Of a DNA stretch of 64,000 bases, positions 61,821 through 64,000 are shown in pieces. The translations under genes and the position numbers were made by a program. The notes below the pieces were generated by a model. It saw only the letters and a list, made by a program, of their open reading frames with translations. It ran no database searches and was not told the DNA's origin. This DNA is from an uncultured Bacillota bacterium. Its GTDB lineage: Bacteria > Sysuimicrobiota > Sysuimicrobiia > Sysuimicrobiales > Segetimicrobiaceae. The first letter of the stretch is position 1; every line of letters begins with the position of its first letter. The stretch spans positions 672,001 through 736,000 of the forward strand of contig CAWDRG010000009.1 of assembly GCA_963804645.1 (NCBI GenBank), written 5' to 3'.

Positions 61821-62210
61821 TTAGGACGGACTCTCCAGATGCTCCGGATCCTCGACGGGGACAAAATCGTTTCCGGCTGGCGCGAAAATTTCGACCAGAC
61901 ATAGAGTGTCTGATCCCGCAGCGCTGAGCGCATGGCGTGTGTGCGGAGGAATGAAGACGACATCGTCTTTGTCGACGAAGCGCTCCTCCCCCTCCACCGT
62001 GAGCCGGCCCCGACCTGATAGAATCCAGTAAATGTTCTCAGAGTGATCGTGCGAATGGTATGGTCCTGGAGGTCCGGAGGGTGCAAGGCGTACGATGCGC
62101 ACATCAACGTGCCGCGCCCCGATGGCGTCTGTCGCCAAGAGGATCGCCGTCCCGCGGTTGTTCCTCAGCGGCACCGTCCCGCACTGCGAAACGTTCATCA
62201 CCCGGTACAT
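61821..62210 (-). CDS. Cupin domain protein
   Basis: YHSHDHSENIYWILSGRG, IPPHTRH; GGGAGG RBS. Confidence 0.85.
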   Translation of the reverse strand: MYRVMNVSQCGTVPLRNNRGTAILLATDAIGARHVDVRIVRLAPSGPPGPYHSHDHSENIYWILSGRGRLTVEGEERFVDKDDVVFIPPHTRHALSAAGSDTLCLVEIFAPAGNDFVPVEDPEHLESPS

Positions 62211-62297
62211 GCTCGGCCTCCCCTGTTCATACACGCAGCGGGACCCGCGCGCAGCGTCGCGACGCGGACCGCGCTTCATGCCGGCGCGACGTCCGTC

Positions 62298-62987
62298 TCA
62301 ACCGGCGCTGATGAACTCGCATCCCTGCTCGCGCAGCCCGCGTTCGATGTTGGCAATATTGGTGACGTCGCCGCGTCGCAACACATCTTGGACGCCGGCA
62401 TAGTGTCCCAGCAACTTCTGCGTCTCCTCGGCGATCTGTGCCGCGTCGGCAGCCCGCACGGCCACGATGCCGTCGAGGTCGGCCACGATGATATCCCCGG
62501 GATGGACGACCACGTGTCCGCACGCGATCGGTACGTTCACCTCACCCGGACCGTCGATTGGTCCCATCATCGCCGACACGCCCCGGGCGAAGACTGGGAG
62601 TCCGTCCTCCTGAATTTCCGTGACGTCGCGCACGGCGCCGTCCATGACAACCCCGGCCAGCCCCCGGTGCAGTAATCCCCGGCAGACGTTCCCGCCGATG
62701 AGCGCTCCGCGAAGGCTTCCGCGGGCGTTGATGACAAGCACGTCGCCGCGGCGGGTCTGCTGCATTGCGGCTTTGATCACATTGAAGGCTCCGGTTGGCA
62801 CCGAGACCGTGACGGCGGACCCAATCACCCGCCCCATCGGGCGGTAGGCCGCTTGAATTCCGTTGTCCATGGTGCCAGCCCGATTCATCGCGTCCGAAAT
62901 ATCCGGCGTGCGCAGTCCGGCAAACTTCGCCAAGAGCGTCGGCTCGGCGCGCAGCGCGGTCGCGTACACACGAAATCCTACTGGCAT
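62298..62987 (-). CDS. RraA / HMG aldolase family protein
   Basis: ISDAM, GDVLVI, DGAVRD, PGDIIVADLDGIV. Confidence 0.9.
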   Translation of the reverse strand: MPVGFRVYATALRAEPTLLAKFAGLRTPDISDAMNRAGTMDNGIQAAYRPMGRVIGSAVTVSVPTGAFNVIKAAMQQTRRGDVLVINARGSLRGALIGGNVCRGLLHRGLAGVVMDGAVRDVTEIQEDGLPVFARGVSAMMGPIDGPGEVNVPIACGHVVVHPGDIIVADLDGIVAVRAADAAQIAEETQKLLGHYAGVQDVLRRGDVTNIANIERGLREQGCEFISAG

Positions 62988-63142
62988 CTCAGCCTCCTCT
63001 ACCTCGCAGTTTGGCTCCGTCCGATCCATGCTCGCTCGCGGTGTTGCGCGTCGGTGACGCTGAGGGAGCCTACGGGGGCCTGCAGCGCCGGGGCAGATTC
63101 CGGCGGCGTGGCGGAGTTGTACGACGAACACTCCGTTCCATG

Positions 63143-64000
63143 TCATCCACTCCGCTTCAAGCGCGGGTCTAGCGCGTCCCGAAGTCCGTCACCCATCAAG
63201 TTGAAGCTGACGGCCACCACGAGAATGGCGAGCCCCGGAAACGTGATCAGTAACGGTGCGCTCGTAATGAAATTCCTCGCCGTCGACAGCATCGCGCCCC
63301 ACTCCGGCGTGGGAGGCTGTGGACCGAGGCCGAGAAAGCTCAAACTCGAGGCCGTGAGCATTGCCGTGGCAAGCAACAGGGTGGTCTGGACGATTAAGGG
63401 AGGGACGATGTTCGGGGCCACGTGACGCAGCATAATGCGCCCGGGTCCCGCACCCATGGCCGTGGCGGCGAGCGTATACTCCTCTGCTTTGACGACCAAG
63501 GTAGAGCCGCGGGCAACCCGGGCGAACGCCGGAATCGAATACATGCCGACGGCGATCATGACGTTGGTCGTGCCGACGCCCAGCGCTGCGATGATGCCGA
63601 TGGCCAGCAGAAAGCCCGGGAGCGCCATGAGGATATCGAGCACGCGGGACAGCACCGCATCCACCGCGCGCCCGAAGTACCCGGCTGCAAGCCCCGCGAG
63701 TGCGCCGATCGGCAGGGCTAACGCCACGGCTCCAATGGTGATGAACAACGTCTCGCGAGACCCCACGATGATCCGCGAAAGAAGATCACGTCCCAATTCG
63801 TCGGTCCCGAGCCAATGGCTGCGCGAGGGCCACTGGAGCTGATGTCCGAGACTGATCGACGTCGTCGAGTAGGGAGCGAGCGAGGTGGCAAAGCATGCGG
63901 TCAGCAGAACCACTCCGATCACGATCATCCCGGCTGCGGCCGGGCGATGGCGCAGAAATTGCCGCGCTGCGATCCTCGCATACGAGGTGGGCGGCGCGGG
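63143..64000 (-). CDS. Peptide/nickel ABC permease (DppC-like), 5' end beyond the window
   Basis: HWLGTDELGRD, LSFLGLG.QPPTPEWG, NLMGDGLRDALDP. Confidence 0.93.
   Translation of the reverse strand, partial: PAPPTSYARIAARQFLRHRPAAAGMIVIGVVLLTACFATSLAPYSTTSISLGHQLQWPSRSHWLGTDELGRDLLSRIIVGSRETLFITIGAVALALPIGALAGLAAGYFGRAVDAVLSRVLDILMALPGFLLAIGIIAALGVGTTNVMIAVGMYSIPAFARVARGSTLVVKAEEYTLAATAMGAGPGRIMLRHVAPNIVPPLIVQTTLLLATAMLTASSLSFLGLGPQPPTPEWGAMLSTARNFITSAPLLITFPGLAILVVAVSFNLMGDGLRDALDPRLKRSG

Noticed and set aside
62988..63146. N-terminal extension of RraA in the ORF track
   Set aside because: A good RBS (GAGGAGG) precedes ATG 62987 and the extension has no protein-like pattern.
350..63721. Many long overlapping or antisense ORFs (e.g. 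5448-7220, 18614-20041, 21963-23648, 36475-38241, 51807-53498)
   Set aside because: Arg/Pro/Gly-rich shadow frames of real genes in high-GC DNA, with no motifs.
1..64000. CRISPR array
   Set aside because: No short, regularly spaced identical repeats and no cas ORFs; the tRNA-derived repeats are long, degenerate and kilobases apart.

Overview
High-GC bacterial chromosomal window. Gram-positive-type LexA boxes (CGAAC-N4-GTTCG) occur together with outer-membrane genes (AsmA, TonB-dependent receptor, TonB), which suggests a diderm Terrabacteria lineage; this is an inference only. 1-23.5 kb is an intact, gene-dense metabolic/transport backbone: thrC, M20 hydrolase, amidase, AsmA, kup, two family-5 binding proteins, tandem DinB genes, a Re-citrate-synthase-like enzyme, merR-emrA-emrB and ku. 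tRNA-Ser(CGA) at 23682-23773 opens a roughly 10 kb accessory, partly decayed region. Three degenerate copies of the tRNA 3' half plus its downstream flank divide this region into gene-cassette-like units, and no integrase is visible. The region also holds many pseudogenes and a group II intron 5' fragment. 36.5-40 kb is a cobalamin riboswitch-btuB-tonB unit with a convergent DUF6580/BtuM-like gene. 42-44.7 kb is a translationally coupled RHH / pilus-secretin-N / AAA ATPase / cold-shock operon preceded by an 8-bp periodic repeat. At 46 kb an unannotated structured RNA candidate lies divergent from an XRE-TPR regulator. tRNA-Val(CAC) at 48504-48578 opens a second accessory region: DUF2283, a decayed IS, and a sugar ABC cluster with three paralogous uncharacterised GH67-like TIM-barrel proteins, GntR, cupin and RraA. 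All calls come from reading motifs by eye; no searches were run.
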